Source of the DNA: an uncultured Clostridia bacterium
Lineage (GTDB): Bacteria > Bacillota > Clostridia > TANB77 > CAG-508
Length of the DNA: 47,061 nt
Direction of reading: 5' to 3'
Assembly: GCA_944388715.1 (NCBI GenBank)
Contig: CALXJV010000002.1
Span: forward strand, 1 to 47,061
Numbering within the stretch: position 1 is the first letter of the stretch; every line of letters begins with the position of its first letter. The position numbers and the translations under genes were made by a program. The notes under the pieces are model-generated. The model saw only the letters and a list, made by a program, of their open reading frames with translations, was not told the origin of the DNA and searched no databases. Of the stretch, positions 19,536 to 29,245 are shown piece by piece.

Positions 19536-19578
19536 CCCCCAGCAGATGACTTTCACAGTCTTCTCTGGGGTTTTTATT
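19536..19578 (+). terminator. Rho-independent terminator of the small ORF
   Basis: CCCCAGCAGATGAC-TTTCACA-GTCTTCTCTGGGG followed by TTTTTATTT. Confidence 0.65.
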
Positions 19579-19584
19579 TATATT

Positions 19585-22500
19585 TTATTCTACACTTTTC
19601 AAACTTCCTATCATATCAATTTTCTTTAGTGCAAAATATGTAACAATATTAACAATAATTGAAAATACTAATGTAATTGCCACAGCATATACATAACTTA
19701 ATGGATAAATAACTTTTTCGAATCTCAATATATTAATTTCACAAGTACCTAATATATAGAAATTTAAGAAATATCCTGCTATTAATCCCAACACTATACC
19801 TATTATTGTTAAAAGAATTGTTTCTCTAGTTATATAATCATATACTTCTCTATCATAAAATCCTAATACTTTTATTGTTGCCAATTCTCTTATTCTTTCA
19901 CTAATATTAACATTAGACAAATTGTACAACACTACAAATGCCAATAGACCTGCTGATATAATCAAAATTACAACTACATAATTTAAAGAATTCATTGTAT
20001 CATCTAGTGTTTTCATTGTAGTTTTTGTTAAAGTTACTGTTGATACTTCATTTTTAGCTACCATTTCTTGCATTACTGTTTCTTCTTGTTCTTCTGTTAA
20101 ATCATTATCTTGAATTAATAATACATTTGTACTATATTCTTCTCCATAAATTTGCTGGTATAATTCTTTTGACATATATACATAATGGCTAATATAGTTC
20201 TCTGTAATTCCTACAATTTTTATTTCTTTTTCTATATCATCATTTGTAGTTACTTTTATTGTATCACCTACTTTTGCTCCTATTAATTCAGCCAATTTAT
20301 CTGTTATAATAATTCCTTCCTCTGACAATTCAAATTTTTCTTTTGTCTTTACATCTCTTAGTTTTATCATTTTGTCGATTTCATTTTTATCATTTGGTAC
20401 AACAATTTGAACTGTTTCACTTTTATCATCTTTTCCTGCTGTTCCTGATTCCATATATGTCTCTAATATATCTTTGATTTCTTCTTTCTGTCGTAGTTCT
20501 TCTGTATAACTATTTTTTTGTTCGGCAGATAATGATGTTTTTAAACTTACCATAATATCATAGTCAAATATATCTTCATATTGATTTGGTAATATTGAAG
20601 ATATAGAATCCTTTAAACCAAATCCTGCAAGTATTAATGAAGTACATCCCATAATACCTATAATTGTCATTAGAAATCTTTTTTTGTATCTAAATATATT
20701 TCTTACTGTAACTTTATGAGAAAATTTTAATCTTTTCCATATAAAGTTGATTCTTTCTAATAAAACTCTTTTTCCATATTTAGGTGCTTTTGGTCTTAAT
20801 AAGTTTGCTGGTGTCTCTTTTACTTCTCTTAATATTGTATATAAAGTTGCTCCTACAATGCAAATATATATTAATCCTAATCCTAATGAAGAATACTGAT
20901 GGTTGAATGATACAATAAATTCTGGTAATGTATACATCATTTCATACATATCCCATATAATTCTAGGTAATAGTTGAAATCCTATATTCATTCCTATTAC
21001 GCCACCAACTATACATGCAAGACTTGAATAAATTAGGTATTTTAACATGATGTGAAATTTATTATATCCTAATGCTTTTAAAGTTCCTATCTCTTGCCTT
21101 TGCTCTTCTACCATTCTGGTCATTGATGTTAACGATACTAATGTAGCAATTGCAAAAAATACGATTGGAAATACAACACTAAGACTTTCTATGCTTTCCG
21201 TATCTTGTATATAACTGCTATATCCTGCATTTTGTTCTCTGTCTAATATGTACCACTTAGCCTTTTCAATTTCCGATACTTTTTCTTTTGCATCTATTAA
21301 TTTGCCTTCTGCTTCTTCTATTTTGCTATTAAATTCTGCTCTTGACTTTTCTAATTCTGCCTCCGCATTTGCTATCTCTTGTTTTGAAGATTCCAATTCT
21401 TTTTTTGCATTTGCAATTTGTGTATTTGTTTTACTTTTGGTTTGCTTTAATGTAGCTTCTTTTTTGGCTAATTCACTTTTTGCATTATTAATCTGTGCTT
21501 CTGCATTTTTCAATTCCGCTCTTCCACTTGTTATTTGATTATCTATCTCTGTTATTCCTGCTTGTACTGATTGCCTATTATTTTCATATACTTGCTTATT
21601 TGCTTGTAACTGTGCAATTTCTTGATTTATTGCCTGAATTTCTTCATCTGTCTCAGCTGTTTCTAATTCGGCTTGCTTTTCAGCTATAGAATTTTCTGTT
21701 ATTTTAATTGCATTATTTATATTATCTAATGTGCTTTGCAAACCTGCTTTTTGCTCTTCTGCTTGTGCAAAGCCTTTTTCTGCTTCTATTTTTTGATTAT
21801 TTAATTTAAGTGCATTTTTAGCAATCTCTGTTTTACCATTTTCTATTTGTGTTTCTGCATTTGCAAATTCTCTTTTAGCTTTAGTTTCATTACTACTAAT
21901 TTCAGATTCAGCACTTGCTATTTGTGCTTTTCCTTCATTAATTTTATTTTCTGCATCCTGAATTTGTGTCTCTCCATTTTGCTTTTCTGTATTGAATTCT
22001 TCTTCTGCCTTAGCAATTTCTTCATTAGCTTCATTTATTAGCTCTTGATATCTTGCATTTTCCCTTTCTTCTTTTATCTCTTCTATCTTATTTTTAGTTT
22101 CTTCCACATAATCTTCATACTTATTACTAGCTGTTTGGTATTTTTTTGCATTTTCCAATGTTATATATATTTCTGTATATACTTCTGAATTTACATTTTC
22201 TTTATTTATATATATAGTAATCAATTACACCTGTTCCTAATTTTGTACTTCCTCTTTCTCTTGATATATATAAAGGACTTTGTACAACACCTACAATTTT
22301 TAAACTTTTATTCTTTAGATATTCTTCCTCTTCCCCTTCTGTCTTTTCTGGCTCAATCTCAATAGTGTCTCCTATTTTTTTATCAGTTTCTTTTAGAAAA
22401 CCTTCTTCTACAACACATTCATCTACATTTTCTGGCATACTTCCTTCTACTAATACAGGTTTGTTAACATCATCTACACATAAAATTTTAGAAACAATTT

Positions 22501-22807
22501 CTTTATCAGTTGTTTTTATTATTCCATCTTTACTGTATGTTCCATAAACATTCTCTACATTTTCTATATTTGATAATGTATTAATATCATCATTTGTTAA
22601 ACCTAATGTAGACATTATTTCTATGTCATATACATTCTGGTTTTTGTAATATGTATCAATAGAATCAACCATATCTGGTGAAGAAGCTCTCAATCCTGCA
22701 AAAAAACCAACACCTAATAAAGCCATAAGTAATATGGATATAAATCTTTTATATGATTTTACGATTTCTTTGAATGTATCTTTTAACAAAGCCCTTTTAA
22801 CCTTCAT
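19585..22807 (-). pseudogene. MacB/FtsX-type ABC transporter permease split by a frameshift
   Basis: ORFs 22202-22807 (N-terminal TM segment plus extracellular domain) and 19585-22224 (coiled-coil insert plus two FtsX TM bundles) overlap in different frames at a TA-repeat tract (22208-22216). Adding one TA unit gives the continuous reading ...VIDYYIYINKENV... Confidence 0.7.
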
Positions 22808-22833
22808 TTGTATCACCTCCAAGATTTTGGATG

Positions 22834-22895
22834 AAACGTTAGGGACGTGCTAAATCGTACCAAAATGGAACGATTTAGCACGTCCCTAACGTTCC
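22834..22895. repeat. 63-nt palindromic repeat, family A1, copy 1
   Basis: AAACGTTAGGGACGTGCTAAATCGT-ACCAAAATGGA-ACGATTTAGCACGTCCCTAACGTTCC, sited between the ABC ATPase stop codon and the permease RBS. Confidence 0.9.
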
Positions 22896-22897
22896 AT

Positions 22898-23599
22898 TTA
22901 CCATTCTATGTTTTCTACTGGAATTGGATTTTGATTTATCTCAATACTTTCTGCAGTTCCATTTTTAAATCTAATAATTTTATCAGCCATAGGTGCAATT
23001 GCTCCATTATGAGTAATTATAATAACTGTCATTTTTTCCTTTCTAGCAGTATCTTGCAATAATTTTAGTATTTGCTTACCTGTTTTATAATCTAACGCAC
23101 CTGTTGGTTCATCACATAATAATAGTTTTGGATTTTTAGCAATAGCTCTTGCAATTGCAACTCTTTGTTGCTCTCCTCCTGATAATTGTGATGGGAAATT
23201 CTTTTTTCTATCAGCTAACCCTACTTTTTCCATAACATCATCTGGACTTAATGAATCTTTACAAATTTGTGTAGCAAGTTCAACATTTTCAATTGCTGTT
23301 AAGTTTTGTACTAAATTATAAAATTGAAATACAAAACCAATATCTTCTCTTCTATATTTGATTAACTCTTTATTTTTTAATTTTGCTACATTTTTTCCAT
23401 CAACTATTACATCTCCTGAAGTCACACTATCCATCCCCCCTAATATATTTAGTGCTGTTGTTTTTCCAGCTCCAGAAGGACCTACAATAACTACTAATTC
23501 TCCTTTTTCTATTGAAAAGTTTGTGTTATCTAATGCTTTTATTGTAATTTCTCCCATTTTATATTCTTTACATACATTTTTAAATTCTATATATGACAT
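22898..23599 (-). CDS. ABC transporter ATP-binding protein (MacB/LolD-like)
   Basis: Walker A GPSGAGKT, signature LSGGEQQR and Walker B LLLCDEP. The start was moved to the ATG at 23599 (MSYIEFKNV), which follows GGGAGGAG. Confidence 0.9.
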   Translation of the reverse strand: MSYIEFKNVCKEYKMGEITIKALDNTNFSIEKGELVVIVGPSGAGKTTALNILGGMDSVTSGDVIVDGKNVAKLKNKELIKYRREDIGFVFQFYNLVQNLTAIENVELATQICKDSLSPDDVMEKVGLADRKKNFPSQLSGGEQQRVAIARAIAKNPKLLLCDEPTGALDYKTGKQILKLLQDTARKEKMTVIIITHNGAIAPMADKIIRFKNGTAESIEINQNPIPVENIEW

Positions 23600-23615
23600 A
23601 ATAACAACTCCTCCC

Positions 23616-23671
23616 GGGATTAGGGGACGTTCCTTCAATCCCTGTTTTTAGGGATTAGGGGACGGACCTTC
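23616..23671. repeat. Family B intergenic repeat, copy B2 (inverted relative to B1/B3)
   Basis: GGGATTAGGGGACGTTCCTTCAATCCCTGTTTTTAGGGATTAGGGGACGGACCTTC. Its reverse complement aligns with B1 and B3. Confidence 0.8.
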
Positions 23672-23863
23672 TATTATTATATTTATTTTTTCGTTATTCT
23701 TTCCTTTTTTGGATATTATATCACATCAATTTTAAAAGTTGAAGGAAAATTTTATTATTAATAATAAAAATTAAATAGAATTATATAAATTCATAAAATC
23801 TTAACTTTTTTATTATTGTAAAAACATATTTATTGATATATAATTGAAAAAAAGAATATAGAG

Positions 23864-24565
23864 GTGTTTATGAAATTATTTAGGAAACTTTTATTAATTA
23901 TTTTTATATTAATTTTAATAGCAATTATTATTCTAGGCACTATAGGATTTGTTACTTATTCAAAAGCTTTAGATGAAGAACCTCTTTTAACTAGAACAGC
24001 TAAAGTGACAGATGATGAGCATTATGTTCCATTTAATGATTTACCTAAAGATTATATTAATGCAGTTATTTCTGTTGAAGATAGAAGATATTATGACCAT
24101 GGTCCTGTTGATTTTATTGGAATCGCAAGAGCTCTTTGGACAAATTTCAGAACTGGAGAACTTCGTGAAGGAGGTAGCACTATAACTCAACAAGTTGCTA
24201 AAAATTTAGTATTTTCTCAAGAGGAAACTTTGACTAGGAAATTAGGCGAATTGTTTGCTGCTTTTGATATAGAAAAAAATTTTTCAAAGGATGAAATTTT
24301 TGCTTTATATGTTAATAGTGCTTATTTTGGAGATGGATATTATGGTATTTATGATGCAAGTATGGGATATTATGGCAAAGAACCTAAAGATTTAAATTTA
24401 GATGAAGCTTCAATGTTAGCTGGTGTTCCTAATGCACCTTCTGTATATGCTCCAACTGTAAATCCAGATTTAGCAAATGAAAGACAAGCTCATGTTTTAA
24501 ATACTATGGTTGAAAATGAATATATTACACAAGCACAGGCTGATGAAATTATAAATAGCAAATAA
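23864..24565 (+). CDS. Monofunctional peptidoglycan glycosyltransferase (GT51)
   Basis: N-terminal TM segment, then the EDRRYYDHGPVD, GGSTITQQVAKN and RKLGE motifs of GT51 transglycosylases. There is no transpeptidase domain. Confidence 0.85.
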   Translation: MFMKLFRKLLLIIFILILIAIIILGTIGFVTYSKALDEEPLLTRTAKVTDDEHYVPFNDLPKDYINAVISVEDRRYYDHGPVDFIGIARALWTNFRTGELREGGSTITQQVAKNLVFSQEETLTRKLGELFAAFDIEKNFSKDEIFALYVNSAYFGDGYYGIYDASMGYYGKEPKDLNLDEASMLAGVPNAPSVYAPTVNPDLANERQAHVLNTMVENEYITQAQADEIINSK

Positions 24566-24586
24566 TTGATGAGGGAATTTTGCTTC

Positions 24587-25636
24587 TTACTTAATTTTCC
24601 CTCCTCCTAAAACAATTCCTTCTTCATCATAAAATACAACAGACTGTCCTGGTGTTATTGCTCTTTGTGGTTCTTGAAATATAACTTTTGTTTTATTATT
24701 TTCGTTAATTACTTTTGCCTTTGCTTCTTTTGCTCTATATCTAATTTTTGCAAAACATTCTATTCCTTCTTCTAATCTATTTTCTACATTGATAATCCAA
24801 TTCAAGTTAATAGCTTCTAATTCACTATTATATAACTCTTTCTCTGTACCAACAATTACTTGATTTTTATCAATATCTAATTTTATTACATATAAAGGTT
24901 CTTTATATGATATTCCTAAACCTTTTCTTTGACCTATCGTATAATTAATTAATCCATTATGCATTCCTAAAACTTCACCTGTTGTTAAAACAATTTTCCC
25001 TTTTTTAGGTTGCTTTTTCATATTTTCTTTTAAAAATCTTTGATAATCATCATCTTTTATAAAGCATATTTCTTGACTATCTTTTTTATTTGCAATTTCT
25101 AATCCATATTCTTCTGCTAATTCCCTTGTCCTGTCTTTGCTTATATTGTCTTGTAAAGGAAATATTATATACTCTATTTTTTCTCTAGGCATGGTATATA
25201 AAAAATATGTCTGGTCTTTTTTCTCTTCATTAGATTTTCTTAAAACATATTGTTGATATTTTTCAGAATATTCTTTTTTAGCATAATGTCCTGTTGCTAT
25301 ATATTTACACCCTAATTCTTTTGCTTTTTCATAGAAAACTCCAAATTTCAGGTATTTGTTACATTCTACACAAGGATTTGGTGTTTTTGCGTTTTCATAT
25401 TCTTTTATAAATTTATCTATTACTTGACATCTAAATTCTTTTCTGCAATCAAAAACATGATGTTCTATCCCTAGTTTTTTACATACATTTTTCGCATCTT
25501 CTATTGATTGCTCATTTGGTTCTTCTAATAAATTCATTGTACATCCAATTACTTCATATCCTGTCTTTTGTAAGAGAATTGCAGATACAGAGCTATCTAC
25601 TCCTCCACTCATTCCTAATAATACTTTTTCTTTCAT
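24587..25636 (-). CDS. mnmA: tRNA 2-thiouridine(34) synthase MnmA
   Basis: PP-loop GMSGGVDSS and full-length MnmA-like sequence. Confidence 0.9.
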   Translation of the reverse strand: MKEKVLLGMSGGVDSSVSAILLQKTGYEVIGCTMNLLEEPNEQSIEDAKNVCKKLGIEHHVFDCRKEFRCQVIDKFIKEYENAKTPNPCVECNKYLKFGVFYEKAKELGCKYIATGHYAKKEYSEKYQQYVLRKSNEEKKDQTYFLYTMPREKIEYIIFPLQDNISKDRTRELAEEYGLEIANKKDSQEICFIKDDDYQRFLKENMKKQPKKGKIVLTTGEVLGMHNGLINYTIGQRKGLGISYKEPLYVIKLDIDKNQVIVGTEKELYNSELEAINLNWIINVENRLEEGIECFAKIRYRAKEAKAKVINENNKTKVIFQEPQRAITPGQSVVFYDEEGIVLGGGKIK

Positions 25637-25769
25637 AAAATTTATATCCTCTCTTATTTTATAGTAAGTTCTTTAACTAACTTATACTAAAAATTCAAAT
25701 TTCATGTAAATAAAATTTGTGTACAACCATTTTAATTATATGAAATAGTTTATATTTTTTGTTACCAAT

Positions 25770-26030
25770 TTAATCTATCTTATATTTTTCTTTAATTTCT
25801 TCTAAAGCTTTTGATAATTGATCTGGGCATGATGTTCCTTTTGTACCACATGGAATTCCTTTTAATCTTCTTATTGCTTCATTTATATTCATACCTTCTA
25901 TCAATCTTGAAACTCCTACAGTATTTCCTGCACATCCTCCAATAATTGTTAATTTTTTTATAATATTTCCATCTAATTCAATTATCATCTCTCTTGAACA
26001 AACTCCACTTGGTTTATATCTATACTCCAT
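25770..26030 (-). CDS. TSCPD-domain small protein (TIGR03905-like)
   Basis: SGVCSREM...GGCAGN...GIPCGTKGTSCPDQL. The start was moved to the ATG at 26030, which follows GAAGGAGG. Confidence 0.75.
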   Translation of the reverse strand: MEYRYKPSGVCSREMIIELDGNIIKKLTIIGGCAGNTVGVSRLIEGMNINEAIRRLKGIPCGTKGTSCPDQLSKALEEIKEKYKID

Positions 26031-26053
26031 TTTTTCCTCCTTCAAAATTTTTC

Positions 26054-26096
26054 AAAAAGAAAATCCAGTTCACTGAACTGGATTTTCTTTTTTTAA
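26054..26096 (-). terminator. Rho-independent terminator after the PIN-domain gene
   Basis: Near-perfect 14-bp stem GAAAATCCAGTTCA/TGAACTGGATTTTC, flanked by A-run and T-run, so it could work in both directions. Confidence 0.7.
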
Positions 26097-26105
26097 AAAG
26101 TTAAT

Positions 26106-27155
26106 TTAATATATAATATCAGTTATTTTATCTTTTATACTTTCATCAATCCATTCATCAATATACATTTTGTTCAATCCAACATATTCTTTATCTTGTT
26201 TCAAAATTTTTCCATCTTTTATATTTAATTTAACTACATGTATTGACCCCTTTCGCGCTACAGGAATAACTAATATAATTTCTTCTATTGATTGTTCTAT
26301 TTGTTGTTCATCTGGTTCTATTTCTTTATATTCTCCTTCTTTCAAATAAAATACTTTAGCATTATCATTATATCTTTTTACTATTACATTTGTTCCTTCT
26401 AGAGAAATTTCTATACCTCCCTCAGAATAAGTATTATCTCTTTTCCTTTTAGAATTTAAAATTTTTTCTTCTTGGGTAATAGATTTTTTTTCTATATTGG
26501 TAGTTTCAAAGACCTCATCAGCTACATTATTTTCTTTTCTTTTTAAAACAAATTCAACTGGTTTATATAGAATATACTCTAATCCAAAAGCATCTGCCTT
26601 ATTTGCCAATATTGTGTCTGCTGTCAAAATCGTTGGTCTCTTGGTTGCTTCTGTAATCGATAAATATTGGATTATTACATCATCTGGATACATATTTTTT
26701 TCATATCCAGCAAATGGAATCAAATGATATTTTTCTTTATCTACTAGAAATAAATTAGAATACCATCTGATTTTTTCTGCCATTTTCCTAGAATATAAAT
26801 CTTCTTGATTTATATCCTTTTTCTTGTCCATTTCATTCAGGGTTGACAATAATATAATGACATTCTTTGCATTTTCAATCAATTCAATTGTTTTGTCATG
26901 TCCAAAAACACATGTATCAATTATTAACTTGTTCAAATCTACATTTTGTGATGCAATAAATTCAAACCTTTCTTCTGAACACATTGAATCTCTTTTTTGT
27001 AGGATACTTTCGTATTTTTCTGCTACTTCGTCTTCACAACCTAATTTTCTAAAATATCCTTTTGATGGTTTATACGGAAATCCTATTACTTTCTTCCGTA
27101 TTTCTTGTGATGATTTTCCTTCCTTTATTAACTTTTCTACTAGTTCTTTCTTCAT
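26106..27155 (-). CDS. PIN-domain protein with unassigned N- and C-terminal regions
   Basis: The acidic pattern IIDTCVF...LSTLNEMD...PDDVII...LTADTILANKA resembles PINc/YlaK-type PIN domains. The C-terminal ~110 aa match nothing I recognise. The start was moved to the ATG at 27155. Confidence 0.5.
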   Translation of the reverse strand: MKKELVEKLIKEGKSSQEIRKKVIGFPYKPSKGYFRKLGCEDEVAEKYESILQKRDSMCSEERFEFIASQNVDLNKLIIDTCVFGHDKTIELIENAKNVIILLSTLNEMDKKKDINQEDLYSRKMAEKIRWYSNLFLVDKEKYHLIPFAGYEKNMYPDDVIIQYLSITEATKRPTILTADTILANKADAFGLEYILYKPVEFVLKRKENNVADEVFETTNIEKKSITQEEKILNSKRKRDNTYSEGGIEISLEGTNVIVKRYNDNAKVFYLKEGEYKEIEPDEQQIEQSIEEIILVIPVARKGSIHVVKLNIKDGKILKQDKEYVGLNKMYIDEWIDESIKDKITDIIY

Positions 27156-27270
27156 TAAGTAAGTCACCCTTTTCTTTAATAAAAACTTTTTTATTAAACT
27201 TCATTTACATTTGCTAGTTTATATTTTACCATATTTAATCTAGATATTCAAATAATTTTCTTCGTTACTC

Positions 27271-29016
27271 CTATTCAACATCTAATTTTATATGTACATC
27301 TTTTAATTGTTGTTCAGAAACTACTGATGGTGCTCTCATTAATAAATCTCTTGCTTTCTTATTCTTTGGAAATGCAATAACTTCTCTAATATTTTGAGAA
27401 TCAGCTATTAACATTATCATTCTATCTATTCCAGGTGCAGCACCTGCATGTGGGGGTGTTCCATATTGGAAAGCATTATATAATGCACCAAATCTATTTT
27501 TCACATCTTCTTCACTATATCCTGCTATTTCAAATGCTTTTACCATTATTTCTGGATTATGATTTCTAACTGCTCCTGATGCCATTTCATATCCATTACA
27601 TACTAAATCAAATTGATAGGCTAATATATCTAATGAGTCTTTGTTTTGTAAAGCTTCCAATCCCCCTTGTGGCATTGAAAATGGGTTATGGCTAAAATCA
27701 ATTGTACCTTCATCAGATAATTCATACATTGGAAAGTCTACGATGAAACAGAATTTATATACTCCTTTTTCTATCAAATCTAGTCTTTTTCCTAATTCTA
27801 TCCTTACTAATCCTGCTATTTTTTGAGCTTTTTCAAATTCATCAGCAATAAAGAAAATACTTGAATTTTTTTCTAATCCATATTCGTTTTCCAACTTTTC
27901 TTTTATTTCATCTGTTATGAATTTTGCAATTCCTCCTTGTATATTTCCTTCACTATCTAATTTTGTCCATGCTAATCCTTTTGCTCCTACTTCTTCTGTT
28001 ACTGCAAATTCTCCCATTTTATCAAAGAATTTTCTTCCTTGTTCTGCTCCATTTGGTACAATAATTGCTTTAATAGTTTTGTCTTTAAAAGCATTGAAAT
28101 CTGAATTTTCAAATAATTTTGTTACATCTTGTATAATTAATGGATTTCTTAAATCTGGTTTATCAATTCCATATTTCTCCATTGCTTCTTTATATGGTAT
28201 ACGTAAAAATGGCCCTTTATCTACTTTCCAATTTGTAAATTTTTCAAAAGTAAGTGGAACTACATCTTCTATTACTTTAAATACATCTTCTTGAGTTGCA
28301 AAACTCATTTCAAAATCTAATTGATAAAATTCTCCTGGTGCTCTATCAGCTCTTGGATCTTCATCTCTAAAACATGGCGCAATTTGATAGTATTTATTAA
28401 ATCCTCCAACCATTAATAATTGTTTAAATTGTTGTGGTGCTTGTGGAAGAGCATAAAATTCTCCTGGATTTAATCTACTTGGCACTAAATAATCTCTTGC
28501 TCCTTCTGGTGATGAATTAGCCAAAATTGGAGTTTGAATTTCTGTAAATCCAAGTTCATCCATTCTATCTCTTATTGTTTTTAATACTTTTGAACGCAAT
28601 AAGATATTATTATGCAATTTTTCATTTCTTAAATCTAAAAATCTATATTCTAATCTTAAATCTTCTCTTACTTCTTGGTCTGTATTAATTTCAAAAGGAA
28701 GTACGTTTTTACATTTTCCTAATACTTCTATTTTCTTTGCTATAACTTCTATATCTCCTGTTTTCATATGTGGATTTTTACTTGCTCTTTCTACAACTTC
28801 TCCCACGATGTGAATACAGCTTTCTGTATTTAATTCTTTTACAATTTTTTGTAATTCTTCATCATTTACTATAATCTGTGTAATTCCAAATTCATCTCTT
28901 AAATCTATAAATGTCATTCCCCCTAAATCTCTTATTTTTTGAATCCAACCAGCAAGTTCTACATTTTCTTTTACATTTTTTATTGTTAATTCTCCACATG
29001 TTTTTGTTCTATACAT
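27271..29016 (-). CDS. aspS: Aspartate--tRNA ligase
   Basis: MYRTKTCGEL N-terminus, class II motifs (FRDED, GGLDR-like GIDRM), full length. Confidence 0.92.
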   Translation of the reverse strand: MYRTKTCGELTIKNVKENVELAGWIQKIRDLGGMTFIDLRDEFGITQIIVNDEELQKIVKELNTESCIHIVGEVVERASKNPHMKTGDIEVIAKKIEVLGKCKNVLPFEINTDQEVREDLRLEYRFLDLRNEKLHNNILLRSKVLKTIRDRMDELGFTEIQTPILANSSPEGARDYLVPSRLNPGEFYALPQAPQQFKQLLMVGGFNKYYQIAPCFRDEDPRADRAPGEFYQLDFEMSFATQEDVFKVIEDVVPLTFEKFTNWKVDKGPFLRIPYKEAMEKYGIDKPDLRNPLIIQDVTKLFENSDFNAFKDKTIKAIIVPNGAEQGRKFFDKMGEFAVTEEVGAKGLAWTKLDSEGNIQGGIAKFITDEIKEKLENEYGLEKNSSIFFIADEFEKAQKIAGLVRIELGKRLDLIEKGVYKFCFIVDFPMYELSDEGTIDFSHNPFSMPQGGLEALQNKDSLDILAYQFDLVCNGYEMASGAVRNHNPEIMVKAFEIAGYSEEDVKNRFGALYNAFQYGTPPHAGAAPGIDRMIMLIADSQNIREVIAFPKNKKARDLLMRAPSVVSEQQLKDVHIKLDVE

Positions 29017-29105
29017 TTTTATAATCATTCCCTTCTAAGGCATAAATCTAGTTGAATAAGAATTACGTCTTTCAACTTTATTTCCTTGTTTGTTTTTTCT
29101 TACAT

Positions 29106-29134
29106 ATATTACCACAAATCCCCTTATTTTTCAA
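29106..29134 (-). promoter_or_regulatory. Putative sigma-A promoter for aspS
   Basis: The minus strand reads TTGAAA-17 nt-TAATAT, with TGG immediately 5' of the -10 (extended -10-like). Confidence 0.5.
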
Positions 29135-29205
29135 TGGATATATAAAAAATACTTCAATTCATGTTACTATGTATTGTGTTTTTATATATTAGAAAGTTAG
29201 TATAA

Positions 29206-29241
29206 CTAAAAAAGAAGCCAACAAATTGTCAGCTTCTTTTT
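29206..29241 (-). terminator. Rho-independent terminator after the tandem-HD gene
   Basis: On the minus strand: AGAAGC-loop-GCTTCT followed by TTTTTTAG. Confidence 0.65.
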
Positions 29242-29245
29242 GAGG

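Noticed and set aside
22847-23062. ORFs beginning MLNRTKMERFSTS... (22847-23062, 45326-45517), and the N-terminal extensions of 22202-22822, 22898-23638, 32967-34010 and 44059-45390.
   Set aside because: These start segments are translations of the palindromic repeats. In each real gene an internal ATG with a strong Shine-Dalgarno sequence lies just downstream of the repeat.
29029-29245. Possible T-box leader upstream of aspS.
   Set aside because: The leader is only about 90 nt after a good promoter. I see no specifier-loop architecture or conserved T-box sequence, only a 7-bp hairpin.
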